From an uncultured Bacteroidota bacterium (GTDB taxonomy: Bacteria > Bacteroidota > Rhodothermia > Balneolales > HLUCCA01): a stretch of DNA of 64,000 nt. A model generated the notes under the pieces. It did not search any database. It was given only the letters and a program-made list of their open reading frames with translations, and was not told the DNA's origin. The position numbers and the translations under genes were made by a program. The stretch is from contig CAMTWZ010000021.1 in assembly GCA_947085565.1 (NCBI GenBank), positions 6,025 through 70,024 of the forward strand, in the 5' to 3' direction. Below, piece by piece: positions 36,521 through 46,318 of the stretch (positions are counted from its first letter, which is position 1; each line of letters begins with the position of its first letter).

Positions 36521-39468
36521 GGGTACGAAGATACCAAACGAACACGAAATGTGGTACCGTTTCCGGGTTCCGATTCCACCTCTATCGTGGCTCCGATGGC
36601 TTTGGCGAGCTCTTTGCAAGAATACAATCCGATTCCGAGTCCTTTGGATTTTGTGGATTGGAAGGGTTTGAACAGCCGGTTGCGAATGAAATCGGCACTC
36701 ATTCCGGCTCCATCATCCATCACAAAAATTTCGGTTCCTTCGGCGATCTGTTGGGCGGTCACTCTGACGGAATGGACCGAAGTGGTCGCTTCGATGGCAT
36801 TTCGCATCAGGTTTTCGAGGATGCGCTCCACCGCTTCCGCGTTGGTGCGGATTCGAATGGAATCGGAGATATCCAAGTCGATGCGTCGATCCGTTCCGCT
36901 GAGCACGCGTTTGGCCACATCGGCGCACAAGACGCTTAGCTGGATGTCGATATGGGCCACATCAGGTTGTTTAGGCGACTCCTGCAGGCGATTCACCAAT
37001 GTGGACAGATAATTCAAGCTCGATTCGATGGTTTCGATGGCATCTTTGCGGAATTCCGGATTATCGAATCGTTTTTCGAGGTTTTTGGCGAGCAGACTAA
37101 GACCGAATACCGTGTTCTTGATATCGTGTGAGATCGACGCTCCGATGCGCTGGATCGCCTCGAACTGCTTCTGCTCGTTGCGTTTCTGGATGTCGGCGCG
37201 GATCGTTCTCAACCTCGCTTTCCAACCCATCCAGACAAGCGCGACAAAAAGTACAAAAGCGATAGTCAATGAAGCGGGATGCATCCAGATCGGCGGTGTG
37301 ATGGTGACGCTCAACACCGCCGGTTCCGAACTGGCGATTCCGTCGATGTTCACCGCACGAACCTGGAACTCATAGGACCCTGGAGGCACGTTCACGTACA
37401 GTACCTTTCTGCTTTTCTGGGGAGTGGACCAACCCTTATCCACACCCACCAATCGATATGAGAACGTCGTCTCACTCTCTTTGACGAAGGAAAATCCAGC
37501 GAAATCGAATTCAAGTGTCGCGGATGAGGATTGATGACGGATTCCGCCCGGCGTCTCGGAGAGGTATCGGGTGGACTGTATAGTGACCGCGTGGATGGCG
37601 GCTTTAGGTGGAGGAATCGATCGACCCGATTTTGTCAAATCATACAGCACCAGGCCGCTACCCGTGCCCATGATCAATTGAGTGTGATCTTCCGTGTGCT
37701 CGATCCAATGAGCGCCTGACATGATCTCACTGAGTGCGGCAAGGCTGTTTTCTTTAAACAGCCGGTCTGCCTTGAGCTGATGCAGATGATTCGGAGTGAC
37801 CACCCAATAGCTCGGAACGCCGGTGTTGTCGAGCCGGGTCGGAAACAGTCCGATCACAGGCGATCCGATCAAACCGTCGTTGGAGGAGTAATTCTTTCTG
37901 AGGCCATCTGGGGTGATGCGAGTGAGCCCTGCCGAAGTGCCGATCAATATCACGTTTCGATCTTCGTGAACGCTCCAAACCGTATTGGAGGGAAGCTCAC
38001 CTGATTCTTTGGAATACGTTCGAAACGTCTCGTTTTCAAATCGAAGCGCACCCTCGGTGGATGTCAGAAACCACATCGCAGAGCCGGCCGCTTCAACCCT
38101 TTCCACTCCGTTATACACCGGGTATTCGATGGTCGATCCATCAGCTAACACACGGATGAGCTTCATGCCCGCCGTAGCCACCCAAATAGACCCGTCAAGG
38201 GCCAATTTCATGTCGTTGATGCCGTCGCCCATGTCGTACACCTGCAGCAATGAACCTGCGAGGTCTCTTATCGGGTCGTATCTGTACACATACAAGTTGG
38301 AAATCGTACCCAGATACAGCTTGTCTTCGGAGAATTGCACACCTCGTATCGTTCGTATGGATTCCGGCAATCCGGGCATTGGCTCGGCACGATGATTCCG
38401 GATTCTCTGAATACCAGCCACACCCATCGCCAATGGATATCCGCGATGTGTGGCCACCCTCCAGACATTGCGTTCCTTCAATCCGCTTTCCTCATTGTAG
38501 ACCGTTGCGATCCAGGATGTGATTTTCTCCACACCCTGACCGAAATGCGCGACCCAAAGATTTCCCTCGTAGTCGACGAATTGATGGCTGATGAAATTCC
38601 GGATACTTCCGGTGGAGGTGGTCACTTGACTGAGTTCACCGTTATGCAAAGAGAATAATCCGTTGTAGCGCGTTCCGAGCAGGATCCGATGCCCTTGGCT
38701 GTCACCATTCACTGACATGGTTGTGAAGAATGGTCTCTGATGGTTTTCAATTTCCACGAAGCGGTTATCGATGAGTCGGAAGCGGGAAAGGCCGTGGTTC
38801 ATCGTCACATAGAATGTGGAATCGTGAGCTTGACGAACCACTGTGAACGAATTGTGCGTCGATGATGAATACAGCGTATCGAAACGCAGGTCTGTGCCAG
38901 AATCGAATCGGGTTGCCAGAATGTGCAGCCCGTCGGAGAGCGCTATGCGTCCATCGAACATCCGCTCGAAATTCGATTCCTTGGAAACAGAAGAACTGGA
39001 AGGATGGAATTCGTACGCTTCCCCGTTCAAGACGCCTATACCGTCGTGGAATCGGAACAGGATGCGCTGGTTGCGATCGATCGCCAAGGTGCTGATGGGA
39101 TTCTTCGAGCCGACCGAATCACGATAGCGGTGGATCTTGCCGTTCTTCAGGTATGACAAGGCAGGGATGGCCGTGGCGAACCATGTGCGGCCCTGGGCGT
39201 CTTCGAGGATGTCGTAGACCAGGTTGTGAGGCAGGCCGTCTTCGGTGGTGTAGGTGGTGAACGACTGTCCATCGTACATGGCGGCGCCGCGCTCGGTGCC
39301 GAACCACATCATCCCACCGGGAGACTGGTAGATGCGCATGACATAATCGGAGGGGAGTCCGTCGGCTTTGGTGTACGATGTGAACAGCTTGGATTGGCCA
39401 AAGACGCCGCCGCCGGACAGAACAGCGGAGAAAAGTAGAACAACGGCAAGTTTTTGTGCCAAACGCAT
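36517..39468 (-). CDS. sensor histidine kinase with periplasmic beta-propeller repeats + Y_Y_Y domain, TM, HisKA, HATPase
   Basis: Signal/anchor MRLAQKLAVVLLFSAVL. Repeated propeller-type segments. TM PASLTIAFVLFVALVWMGW. H-box SISHDIKNT. G-boxes GLGIGLYSCKE...GNGTTF. No receiver or output domain. Confidence 0.85.
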   Translation of the reverse strand: MRLAQKLAVVLLFSAVLSGGGVFGQSKLFTSYTKADGLPSDYVMRIYQSPGGMMWFGTERGAAMYDGQSFTTYTTEDGLPHNLVYDILEDAQGRTWFATAIPALSYLKNGKIHRYRDSVGSKNPISTLAIDRNQRILFRFHDGIGVLNGEAYEFHPSSSSVSKESNFERMFDGRIALSDGLHILATRFDSGTDLRFDTLYSSSTHNSFTVVRQAHDSTFYVTMNHGLSRFRLIDNRFVEIENHQRPFFTTMSVNGDSQGHRILLGTRYNGLFSLHNGELSQVTTSTGSIRNFISHQFVDYEGNLWVAHFGQGVEKITSWIATVYNEESGLKERNVWRVATHRGYPLAMGVAGIQRIRNHRAEPMPGLPESIRTIRGVQFSEDKLYLGTISNLYVYRYDPIRDLAGSLLQVYDMGDGINDMKLALDGSIWVATAGMKLIRVLADGSTIEYPVYNGVERVEAAGSAMWFLTSTEGALRFENETFRTYSKESGELPSNTVWSVHEDRNVILIGTSAGLTRITPDGLRKNYSSNDGLIGSPVIGLFPTRLDNTGVPSYWVVTPNHLHQLKADRLFKENSLAALSEIMSGAHWIEHTEDHTQLIMGTGSGLVLYDLTKSGRSIPPPKAAIHAVTIQSTRYLSETPGGIRHQSSSATLEFDFAGFSFVKESETTFSYRLVGVDKGWSTPQKSRKVLYVNVPPGSYEFQVRAVNIDGIASSEPAVLSVTITPPIWMHPASLTIAFVLFVALVWMGWKARLRTIRADIQKRNEQKQFEAIQRIGASISHDIKNTVFGLSLLAKNLEKRFDNPEFRKDAIETIESSLNYLSTLVNRLQESPKQPDVAHIDIQLSVLCADVAKRVLSGTDRRIDLDISDSIRIRTNAEAVERILENLMRNAIEATTSVHSVRVTAQQIAEGTEIFVMDDGAGMSADFIRNRLFKPFQSTKSKGLGIGLYSCKELAKAIGATIEVESEPGNGTTFRVRLVSSYP

Positions 39469-39505
39469 GGCGTAAGGTAGGGGAGAGTTCGTATCTTTAA
39501 AAGAT

Positions 39506-39587
39506 GCCGGCGTGGCGGAACTGGTAGACGCGCACGACTCAAAATCGTGTTCTTCACTGAGTGCCGGTTCGATTCCGGCCGCCGGTA
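39506..39587 (+). tRNA. tRNA-Leu (anticodon CAA)
   Basis: Acceptor GCCGGCG/CGCCGGT. D-arm GGCGGAACTGGTAGACGC is nearly identical to E. coli tRNA-Leu. Anticodon stem CACGA/TCGTG with loop CTCAAAA. Long variable arm. T-arm GCCGGTTCGATTCCGGC. CCA is not encoded. Confidence 0.9.
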
Positions 39588-39597
39588 CACAAATAAA

Positions 39598-39633
39598 AAC
39601 CCCTCTTGGATGCGTCTGAGAGGGGTTTTTTTA
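39598..39633 (+). terminator. intrinsic terminator after tRNA-Leu
   Basis: CCCCTCT (39600-39606) pairs with AGAGGGG (39619-39625), followed by T7. Confidence 0.7.
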
Positions 39634-39639
39634 TGTTTA

Positions 39640-39682
39640 GGGGATGTCAACCCAGGTTTCAACCTGGTGTCGGTAAACCCCC
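39640..39682. repeat. degenerate REP-like palindrome related to those at 20258-21285
   Basis: Outer GGGG...CCCCC around core CCAGGTT-TC-AACCTGG (39652-39667). Confidence 0.4.
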
Positions 39683-39764
39683 TTTTTTGCCCAATCCTTC
39701 ACCTCTATTGTGTTTTCGGGCTTGGCGGCTTCCAGGGATGCATTTCCGGTTGTAATTTCCTCCC

Positions 39765-41027
39765 ATGACCACACTACACGAAGCCATTTCCCTGATCCAA
39801 TCCAACAGCCGCGTGTTTGTGCACGGCAGCGCGGCGACTCCTCTGGCTCTGCTCCGGGCCCTCGCCAATCGCGCATCCGAACTTCGGAATGTTGAATTGG
39901 TGAATATCACCACGCTCGGAACCAGTCCCATCACCGACGCCGCTTACAAAGACAGTTTCTATTTCAATTCGCTGTTCGTCTCCAATTCCATTCGCCCGGT
40001 GATTGTCGAACGCCGTGGCGATTATGTGCCCGTTTTCCTTAGCGAAATCTCCCGTCTCTTCGACAAAGGATACCTACCGCTGGATGCGGCCCTGATCATG
40101 GTATCACCACCCGATTCGCACGGTTTCTGCTCGCTGGGTCCATCGGTGGATGTGGCTCGGTCCGCCGTCCGGAATGCGAAGATCGTGATCGCGCAGGTGA
40201 ACCCGAAACTGCCTCGCACCCACGGCGACGGCATCATCCACGTTCGCGATATCACCGCGATGACCTATGGAGACGAATCGCTCCCCATGGTGAACTATGG
40301 GGATTCGCTTACGCCTGAAGACCATCGCATCGGGCAGTATATCGCCGAACTCATCGAAGATGGAGCCACCCTCCAGATGGGAATCGGAAGCATTCCTGAC
40401 GCCACATTGCGCGCCTTGGGCAATCACAAGCACTTGGGTGTGCACACGGAAATGTTTTCCGATGGTTTGATTCCTTTGATCGAATCGGGCGTGGTCGATA
40501 ATTCGCAGAAGCGCAAACACCGAGGCAAAGTGGTGTCCAGTTTCGCTGTGGGAACACGCATGATGTACGATTACATCGACGACAACCCGCTGTTCACGTT
40601 CCTGGAAGCCTCGTATGTCAACGATACGGCAGTGATCCGCCAGAATCCGAAAGTGACCGCCATCAACAGTGCCATTGAAATCGACATCACGGGTCAGGTC
40701 TGCGCCGATTCGATCGGAACCTATCATTTCTCGGGTGTGGGCGGACAAATGGATTTCATCCGCGGCGCTTCCCTCAGCGATGGCGGCAAGCCGATCATTG
40801 CGATGCCGAGCGTCACCCCGAAAGGACTCAGCAAGATCGTACCATTTCTGAAAGAAGGAGCCGGGGTGGTCACTACGCGCGCCCATGTGCAATATGTGGT
40901 CACAGAATTCGGAGTGGCCAATCTGTATGGCAAGAACCTTCATCAGCGGGCGAAACTGCTGAGAGATATCGCGCATCCGAATCATCACGAAGAGCTCGAT
41001 AAAGCGATTTTCGCACGCTTTGGTTAG
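39765..41027 (+). CDS. acetyl-CoA hydrolase/transferase family protein (4-hydroxybutyrate/succinyl-CoA:acetate CoA-transferase-like)
   Basis: VFVHGSAATP, HTEMFSDG and GSGGQMDF-like (SGVGGQMDFIRGA) motifs. 420 aa. Confidence 0.85.
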   Translation: MTTLHEAISLIQSNSRVFVHGSAATPLALLRALANRASELRNVELVNITTLGTSPITDAAYKDSFYFNSLFVSNSIRPVIVERRGDYVPVFLSEISRLFDKGYLPLDAALIMVSPPDSHGFCSLGPSVDVARSAVRNAKIVIAQVNPKLPRTHGDGIIHVRDITAMTYGDESLPMVNYGDSLTPEDHRIGQYIAELIEDGATLQMGIGSIPDATLRALGNHKHLGVHTEMFSDGLIPLIESGVVDNSQKRKHRGKVVSSFAVGTRMMYDYIDDNPLFTFLEASYVNDTAVIRQNPKVTAINSAIEIDITGQVCADSIGTYHFSGVGGQMDFIRGASLSDGGKPIIAMPSVTPKGLSKIVPFLKEGAGVVTTRAHVQYVVTEFGVANLYGKNLHQRAKLLRDIAHPNHHEELDKAIFARFG

Positions 41028-41035
41028 ATTGGGGT

Positions 41036-41440
41036 ATGAAACTCTTTCTTATCTCCACCATTTCTGCCATCGTTTCGATGCTGGCCATCGATTCAGTGTG
41101 GCTCAACACCATGTATTCCCGCTTCTATAAGCCGAACATCGGTCATCTGCTCGGCGAAACGGTGAATTACGGTCCTGCCGCGTTCTTCTATCTGATTTAC
41201 GGATCCGGACTCTCGCTTCTGGTCATCCTTCCCGCCATCACTTCCGGGTCGGGACTCGGCCGCGTTTTCCTCTACGGCGCTATCTACGGCATCGTGGCCT
41301 ATGGCACCTACGATCTCACCAACCAAGCCACGCTCCGCGACTGGCCCGTGCTGGTGACCTTGGTCGACATCGTTTGGGGAGCCTTGCTCACCGGTACGGT
41401 GGCCACCATCGCCACTTGGGTCACCCGTAAACTGGGATGA
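41036..41440 (+). CDS. DUF2177-like small membrane protein
   Basis: Four TM segments. The N-terminal [22 protein letters not shown] pattern matches my memory of DUF2177. Confidence 0.55.
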   Translation: MKLFLISTISAIVSMLAIDSVWLNTMYSRFYKPNIGHLLGETVNYGPAAFFYLIYGSGLSLLVILPAITSGSGLGRVFLYGAIYGIVAYGTYDLTNQATLRDWPVLVTLVDIVWGALLTGTVATIATWVTRKLG

Positions 41441-42183
41441 CGCTCGCCATCGCCCTCGTTCTTTGGATTATCGGCTGGTACCTGGTATCGGTCCGCTTCA
41501 AGCGCATGGATATCGCAGATGTGGCCTGGGGCCTGGGCATCGCCGGAATCGGTGTGCTCACTTGGCTGGAATCGGATCTGAGGGATGCGAGATCGACAAC
41601 GGTCACCGTTCTCGCCCTGATTTGGGGAATCCGCTTGGCTTGGCATATCGGACGGCGCAATCTCGCGAAGATGGAAGACGCCCGCTACGCCGCCTGGCGC
41701 AATGCATGGGGAAAGACCGTATTATGGAGAAGCTTCTTGCAAGTCTTTGTCTTGCAGGCGCTACTCATGGTTGTCGTAGCATTGCCTCTGATTGCTGTCA
41801 ATGCGGGTGATGGGGGACATTGGGGCTTCATCGACACGTTAGGAATACTGCTGTTTTTGTATGGATTCTATTTCGAAGTGGTCTCCGATCATCAATTGGG
41901 TCGGTTTCTTGCCGAACCGTCTAACAAAGGGAAGGTGTTGGAAACCGGACTTTGGGCGAAAAGTCGCCATCCGAATTATTTCGGGGAAGTGACCTTGTGG
42001 TGGGGCATCGGACTGATGTCGCTCGAGGGCGGATGGTGGGCGCTGATCGGTCCGGCGGCCATCACGTACCTGATCTTGTATGTCTCAGGCGTTCCGATGC
42101 TGGAGAAGAAAATGGCGGGTGACCCGAAGTATTCGGAGTATCTGAAACGCACCAGTGTATTCATTCCAAGGAATTCCCGATGA
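41437..42183 (+). CDS. DUF1295 / steroid-5-alpha-reductase-like membrane protein
   Basis: [20 protein letters not shown] motif. ATGA overlap at 41437-41440. Confidence 0.7.
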   Translation: MTLAIALVLWIIGWYLVSVRFKRMDIADVAWGLGIAGIGVLTWLESDLRDARSTTVTVLALIWGIRLAWHIGRRNLAKMEDARYAAWRNAWGKTVLWRSFLQVFVLQALLMVVVALPLIAVNAGDGGHWGFIDTLGILLFLYGFYFEVVSDHQLGRFLAEPSNKGKVLETGLWAKSRHPNYFGEVTLWWGIGLMSLEGGWWALIGPAAITYLILYVSGVPMLEKKMAGDPKYSEYLKRTSVFIPRNSR

Positions 42184-43040
42184 GCCTCACCATCCACAAC
42201 GAAATCCTCCGCGCGAGCTTCTCGCCCACCGGCGCCGAGTGGACCTCGCTCATCGACAAGCGCGACGGCCTGGAGCACCTCTGGCAGGGCGATCCGAGCG
42301 TGTGGGCAGGACAAGCCCCGATCCTGTTTCCCGTCATTGGCGTGCAATCCAACGACGCCATACGCGTCGACGGCGCATCCTTCCCGCACCCGAAGCATGG
42401 GTTCTTCCGCCGTAGCCTGTGTTCGGTGGTCCGCCACGTCGGACATGAGATCGTGTTCGAACTGCGCTCCGATGCCCTTACCCGCACCCACTATCCGTTC
42501 GATTTCGTCTTCCGGGTCGGTTATTCGCTAGATGGCGATACTCTCACGCACACGTTCGAAGTGGAAAACACCAGTGATCGACCCATGCCGTTCCATTTGG
42601 GCGGACATCCCGCCTTCCAACTTTTCGGCGCTTCGTACTTGGAATTCGACCAGCCGGAAACCGCATCCATCTTTGGTGTGACCGCCACGGGTTTGCTCAG
42701 TCCGCATTCAAAGCCCTATCTGAACGATGAATCACGCATCCGCATCACAGCGGAGACGTTCGTACCAGATGCCTTGGTGTTCAAATCGTTGAAATCCAGA
42801 GGTATAGAACTCGGCTTTGAGCATCATTCGAAGCGTATCCGTGTGGATTACGCCGATTTCCCTTATCTGGGAATCTGGGCCAAACCCGGAGCGCCGTATG
42901 TGTGCATCGAACCGTGGATCGGCTGCGCAGATACCGAGGGAAGAGAGGTGGACTTCGCGCAAAAAGAAGCCGTCGCCTGGGCTCAGCCGGGAGAGACGCG
43001 CGTGATTCGGTTCTCCGTTACCCTGATCAACGAATGGTGA
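42180..43040 (+). CDS. aldose 1-epimerase family protein
   Basis: [16 protein letters not shown] and CIEPWIG motifs. ATGA overlap at 42180-42183. Confidence 0.75.
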   Translation: MSLTIHNEILRASFSPTGAEWTSLIDKRDGLEHLWQGDPSVWAGQAPILFPVIGVQSNDAIRVDGASFPHPKHGFFRRSLCSVVRHVGHEIVFELRSDALTRTHYPFDFVFRVGYSLDGDTLTHTFEVENTSDRPMPFHLGGHPAFQLFGASYLEFDQPETASIFGVTATGLLSPHSKPYLNDESRIRITAETFVPDALVFKSLKSRGIELGFEHHSKRIRVDYADFPYLGIWAKPGAPYVCIEPWIGCADTEGREVDFAQKEAVAWAQPGETRVIRFSVTLINEW

Positions 43041-44022
43041 CGGAGCGCTGCTTCACGCCATTCATGTCGACGATCGAGATCGTGGCAGTGGGCGATTCCG
43101 AGGTCCAATCGAAGTCGATCAACCCGAAATTGCGCTCATAGAATTTTGGGGAATGGGCGCGGGCGTTGGGTTCGTCCATAATCGACGACCAGACGTTGGT
43201 TAAGCCGCTGGCGGTGATGTCGACCAACGGGGATTCGAGTCCGGGAATGGTTTCAATCGAGATTTCGGCGACGTGGCGGTCGCCTGAGATGATGAACGGA
43301 CGATTCGGCTGCGTTTTGGCCATCAGTGCGTGGAACCGTTCCAATTCCTTGGGGAAGTTGCCCCATTTCTCGAAGCGATGGTCGCGGGCAATCAGTTGGA
43401 TGCTGCTCACGATCACATGAAACGCCGCATCGTTTTTGGCCAGCTCGGCTTCGAGCCAAGCCCATTGCGCTTCGCCAAGGAGTTCGCCGTCGGTAGGCAG
43501 ATAGACACGGTTCGTCGAATCTTTGACCAACGGATCGCGGAACCAACGCGTGTCGAGCAAAATCACTTTCACTGTCTGATCTCCGGTTCCATATGTCCGA
43601 ACATGATAAATGCCATCGTAAGCCCGTGATGGCTCATCTTCGGGCATCCCTAGAAAACGATAGAGTTCGGATTTCGCCAATTCCTTGGCAGGATATTCTT
43701 TGCCACCATCGTTCACGCCATAATCGTGATCATCCCAGGTACCGATCACCGTGGGCACCATCGAGAGGAAGCTCACATACTCGGGGTGATTCAACTGCAT
43801 GTCGTATTTGGTCCGGAAGACCGCCGGATCTTGGGTATCGGCATAGACATTGTCGCCCGTCCAGATGAACACGTCCGGATTGGTCGCCGCGATGGGCACC
43901 CAATGCGGTTGCGGTCGATTCTCACGGTTGCACGAGCCGAACGCGATGGTGTGGATGGGGGATTGAGCGATGAGCGGGATCGCCGAGAGTGCGGCGATGA
44001 CCAGGAGGGTGAGGTGTTTCAT
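43027..44022 (-). CDS. secreted PhoD-like metallophosphatase
   Basis: Signal peptide MKHLTLLVIAALSAIPLIAQ. FIWTGDNVYAD, WDDHDYGVNDGG and SGDRHVAE motifs. Confidence 0.7.
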   Translation of the reverse strand: MKHLTLLVIAALSAIPLIAQSPIHTIAFGSCNRENRPQPHWVPIAATNPDVFIWTGDNVYADTQDPAVFRTKYDMQLNHPEYVSFLSMVPTVIGTWDDHDYGVNDGGKEYPAKELAKSELYRFLGMPEDEPSRAYDGIYHVRTYGTGDQTVKVILLDTRWFRDPLVKDSTNRVYLPTDGELLGEAQWAWLEAELAKNDAAFHVIVSSIQLIARDHRFEKWGNFPKELERFHALMAKTQPNRPFIISGDRHVAEISIETIPGLESPLVDITASGLTNVWSSIMDEPNARAHSPKFYERNFGLIDFDWTSESPTATISIVDMNGVKQRSVTIR

Positions 44023-44119
44023 GATCAGAAGGTCGGGACTGAAACCCCGTTTTGTATTATCAAATCATTGCATTCGCATGACGTGGTGCGGATGGCCTCA
44101 GACGGCAACGCCGATCCGA

Positions 44120-45124
44120 TCATCTTCCGATAAGCGGCGCTTTACTGAGAAAGGCGACCACGTCTTTCACGCTATGCGGACCGATTTCCTCCATCGGCGC
44201 ATGTCCCGCATCCGGATACACCACGAATACCGACTTGGGCAGGGTTTCGTGCAAACGCTCACCGACACGCTTCGGAATCCACGTATCTTTTTCGCCCCAG
44301 AGGATGAGCGCCGGTGTGAAAAGCGAATCCAATGGCAAGGCTTCAGGCAGCGGATTCAGTTCAGCGCGATCGAGCCTCATTCCATCCGCCCGGGAAATGA
44401 ACGCGGCTCGGTTTCCCTCACGGCGCATCAGATCATAATATCGCGTGATCACTTCCTCGCTCATGCGCGAAGGATCGCCGTACGCGCCGGACAGAGAGTG
44501 TTTGAACAGGAAGCGGGGTGTCAACACGCTCATCGCGCCGCGGAAGACCGGGTTGGCCAAGGCCCGCAGAATGAATGGGCGGTCGCCAGATCTTGGCGCG
44601 GTGGCCGGTGCGGTATTCGTAGTATCTCGGCGGAATGATGCTGCAGCGTCCACAAGAATCATGGCATCGGTTCGATCCGGATAATGACGGGCATAATCCA
44701 GGGCGATGCGTCCCCCAAGCGAATTACCGCCGATGATCCACGTGTCGATGCCCAATGCCACGCGAAGCGAGTCGATGAGGTGAAGCGTCGCTCGGGTCGA
44801 ATAATCGCCTTGCGCCTGCGGACCCGTGAGTCCGAATCCGGGAAGATCCAAGCGTACAACGCGATGAGTTTGACTCAACACCTTTGTCCACTCGTCCCAT
44901 GTATGCAGCGAGGAGAATGTGCCGTGGATGAGCAGCAGGGCGGGGCCGCTTCCCTCATCACGGATATGAACGTCCATGCCGTCGATGCGGATGAATGTCG
45001 AAGTGGAATCGGCATACGTCGGAATGAGTTTCGCGACGGGGATGTCGGGTCGGATAAGGCTCGCCAAACCTGCAAGTAGGAGGGCGATCAAGATTCCGAG
45101 TCCTATGCCGATTTTGCGTAGCAT
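44120..45124 (-). CDS. alpha/beta-hydrolase fold protein, N-terminal membrane anchor
   Basis: Start MLRKIGIGLGILIALLLAGLA. LLLIHGTFSS and GGNSLGG (GxSxG). The track ORF extension runs into the upstream CDS. Confidence 0.75.
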   Translation of the reverse strand: MLRKIGIGLGILIALLLAGLASLIRPDIPVAKLIPTYADSTSTFIRIDGMDVHIRDEGSGPALLLIHGTFSSLHTWDEWTKVLSQTHRVVRLDLPGFGLTGPQAQGDYSTRATLHLIDSLRVALGIDTWIIGGNSLGGRIALDYARHYPDRTDAMILVDAAASFRRDTTNTAPATAPRSGDRPFILRALANPVFRGAMSVLTPRFLFKHSLSGAYGDPSRMSEEVITRYYDLMRREGNRAAFISRADGMRLDRAELNPLPEALPLDSLFTPALILWGEKDTWIPKRVGERLHETLPKSVFVVYPDAGHAPMEEIGPHSVKDVVAFLSKAPLIGR

Positions 45125-45126
45125 GT

Positions 45127-46317
45127 TCAGCCTTTCTTGAAGAGCCGGGCCACGTTTTTCACGCCTTGGCGGATGCGCTCGGTGTTTTCCACCAAACTTA
45201 GGCGCACATAGCCTTCGCCCGCACGACCGAATGCGGCGCCCGGTGAGACCAGGATTTCCGCTTCCTGAAGCAGCCATTCGGAGAACGCCATCGAATCCAT
45301 GTGCTTGTACGCCTCGGGGATGGGAGCCCAGATGAACATCGCGCCTTGCGATTTCGGGATGCTCCAACCGGCGCGCGCCAAGCCTTCGAGAAGGATGTCG
45401 CGACGCGATTCGTATTTCTTGGCGACCGATTCCACCTCCGCCCGTGGCAGTTTCAGGGCTTCGATGGCCGCGACCTGGATCGGGGTGAAGAGTCCGTAGT
45501 CGTAATAGCCTTTGATCTGGCCCAAGAGTCCGACCGCATGCGCGTTTCCGACGCAGAATCCGATGCGCCAGCCCGCCATGTTGTACGATTTCGACATGGT
45601 GATGAACTCGACGGCGATGTCGGCCGCGCCTTCGACCTGAAGAATGCTCGGAGCTTTGTAGCCGTCGAACGTGATGTCCTTATATGCGAAATCACTCACG
45701 ATGAACAGCTTTTCCTCACGGCAGAACGCGACGACCTTCTCGAAAAAGGCCAGATCTACGCACAGCGCCGTCGGGTTGTGCGGGAAGTTCAGATAGACCA
45801 GTTTCGGGCGGATGACGCTGTTCTTCAGCGCGGTTTTCACGCCTTGGATGAACACGTCCGCGTCGTTCGAAATGGGGAAGGTGACAACCTGGGCTCCGGC
45901 GATCACCGCGCTCCAGATGTGCACCGGAAAGGAGGGTTCGGGAACCAGAACCGCATCGCCCGGACCCAGCAAGGCCAGCGACAAATGCGACAGGCCTTCT
46001 TTCGAACCGATGGTGGCGATCACTTCGGTTTCGGGATTCAGCGTGACGCCGTAAAAACCGCGGTAATGCTCGGCCACCGCGCGACGCAGATGCGGAATTC
46101 CTTTTGCCACAGAATAACGGTGCGATTTGTCGTCATCCAGCACCAGTTTCATTTTCTGGACGATGGGGTCGATGGTCGGCGAATCAGGATTCCCCATCCC
46201 GAAATCGATCACATCACGCCCTTCCTGACGCATTTTAAGTTTGATGGCGTTCAACCGTCCGAACACATAGTCCGGAAGAATCTTCATCCGGCTGGCCGGT
46301 TCGATCTTGAAACTCAT
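45127..46317 (-). CDS. class I/II PLP-dependent aminotransferase (AspC/AlaA-like)
   Basis: DFGMGNPD, NFPHNPT and SKSYNMAGWRIGF (PLP-Lys) motifs. Confidence 0.85.
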   Translation of the reverse strand: MSFKIEPASRMKILPDYVFGRLNAIKLKMRQEGRDVIDFGMGNPDSPTIDPIVQKMKLVLDDDKSHRYSVAKGIPHLRRAVAEHYRGFYGVTLNPETEVIATIGSKEGLSHLSLALLGPGDAVLVPEPSFPVHIWSAVIAGAQVVTFPISNDADVFIQGVKTALKNSVIRPKLVYLNFPHNPTALCVDLAFFEKVVAFCREEKLFIVSDFAYKDITFDGYKAPSILQVEGAADIAVEFITMSKSYNMAGWRIGFCVGNAHAVGLLGQIKGYYDYGLFTPIQVAAIEALKLPRAEVESVAKKYESRRDILLEGLARAGWSIPKSQGAMFIWAPIPEAYKHMDSMAFSEWLLQEAEILVSPGAAFGRAGEGYVRLSLVENTERIRQGVKNVARLFKKG

Positions 46318-46318
46318 A

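Noticed and set aside
39506-39764. tRNA-Leu as an integration hotspot for a mobile element
   Set aside because: No integrase or direct repeat of the tRNA 3' end follows, and I saw no compositional shift. Downstream genes are ordinary metabolic genes. Only a terminator and one degenerate palindrome are present.
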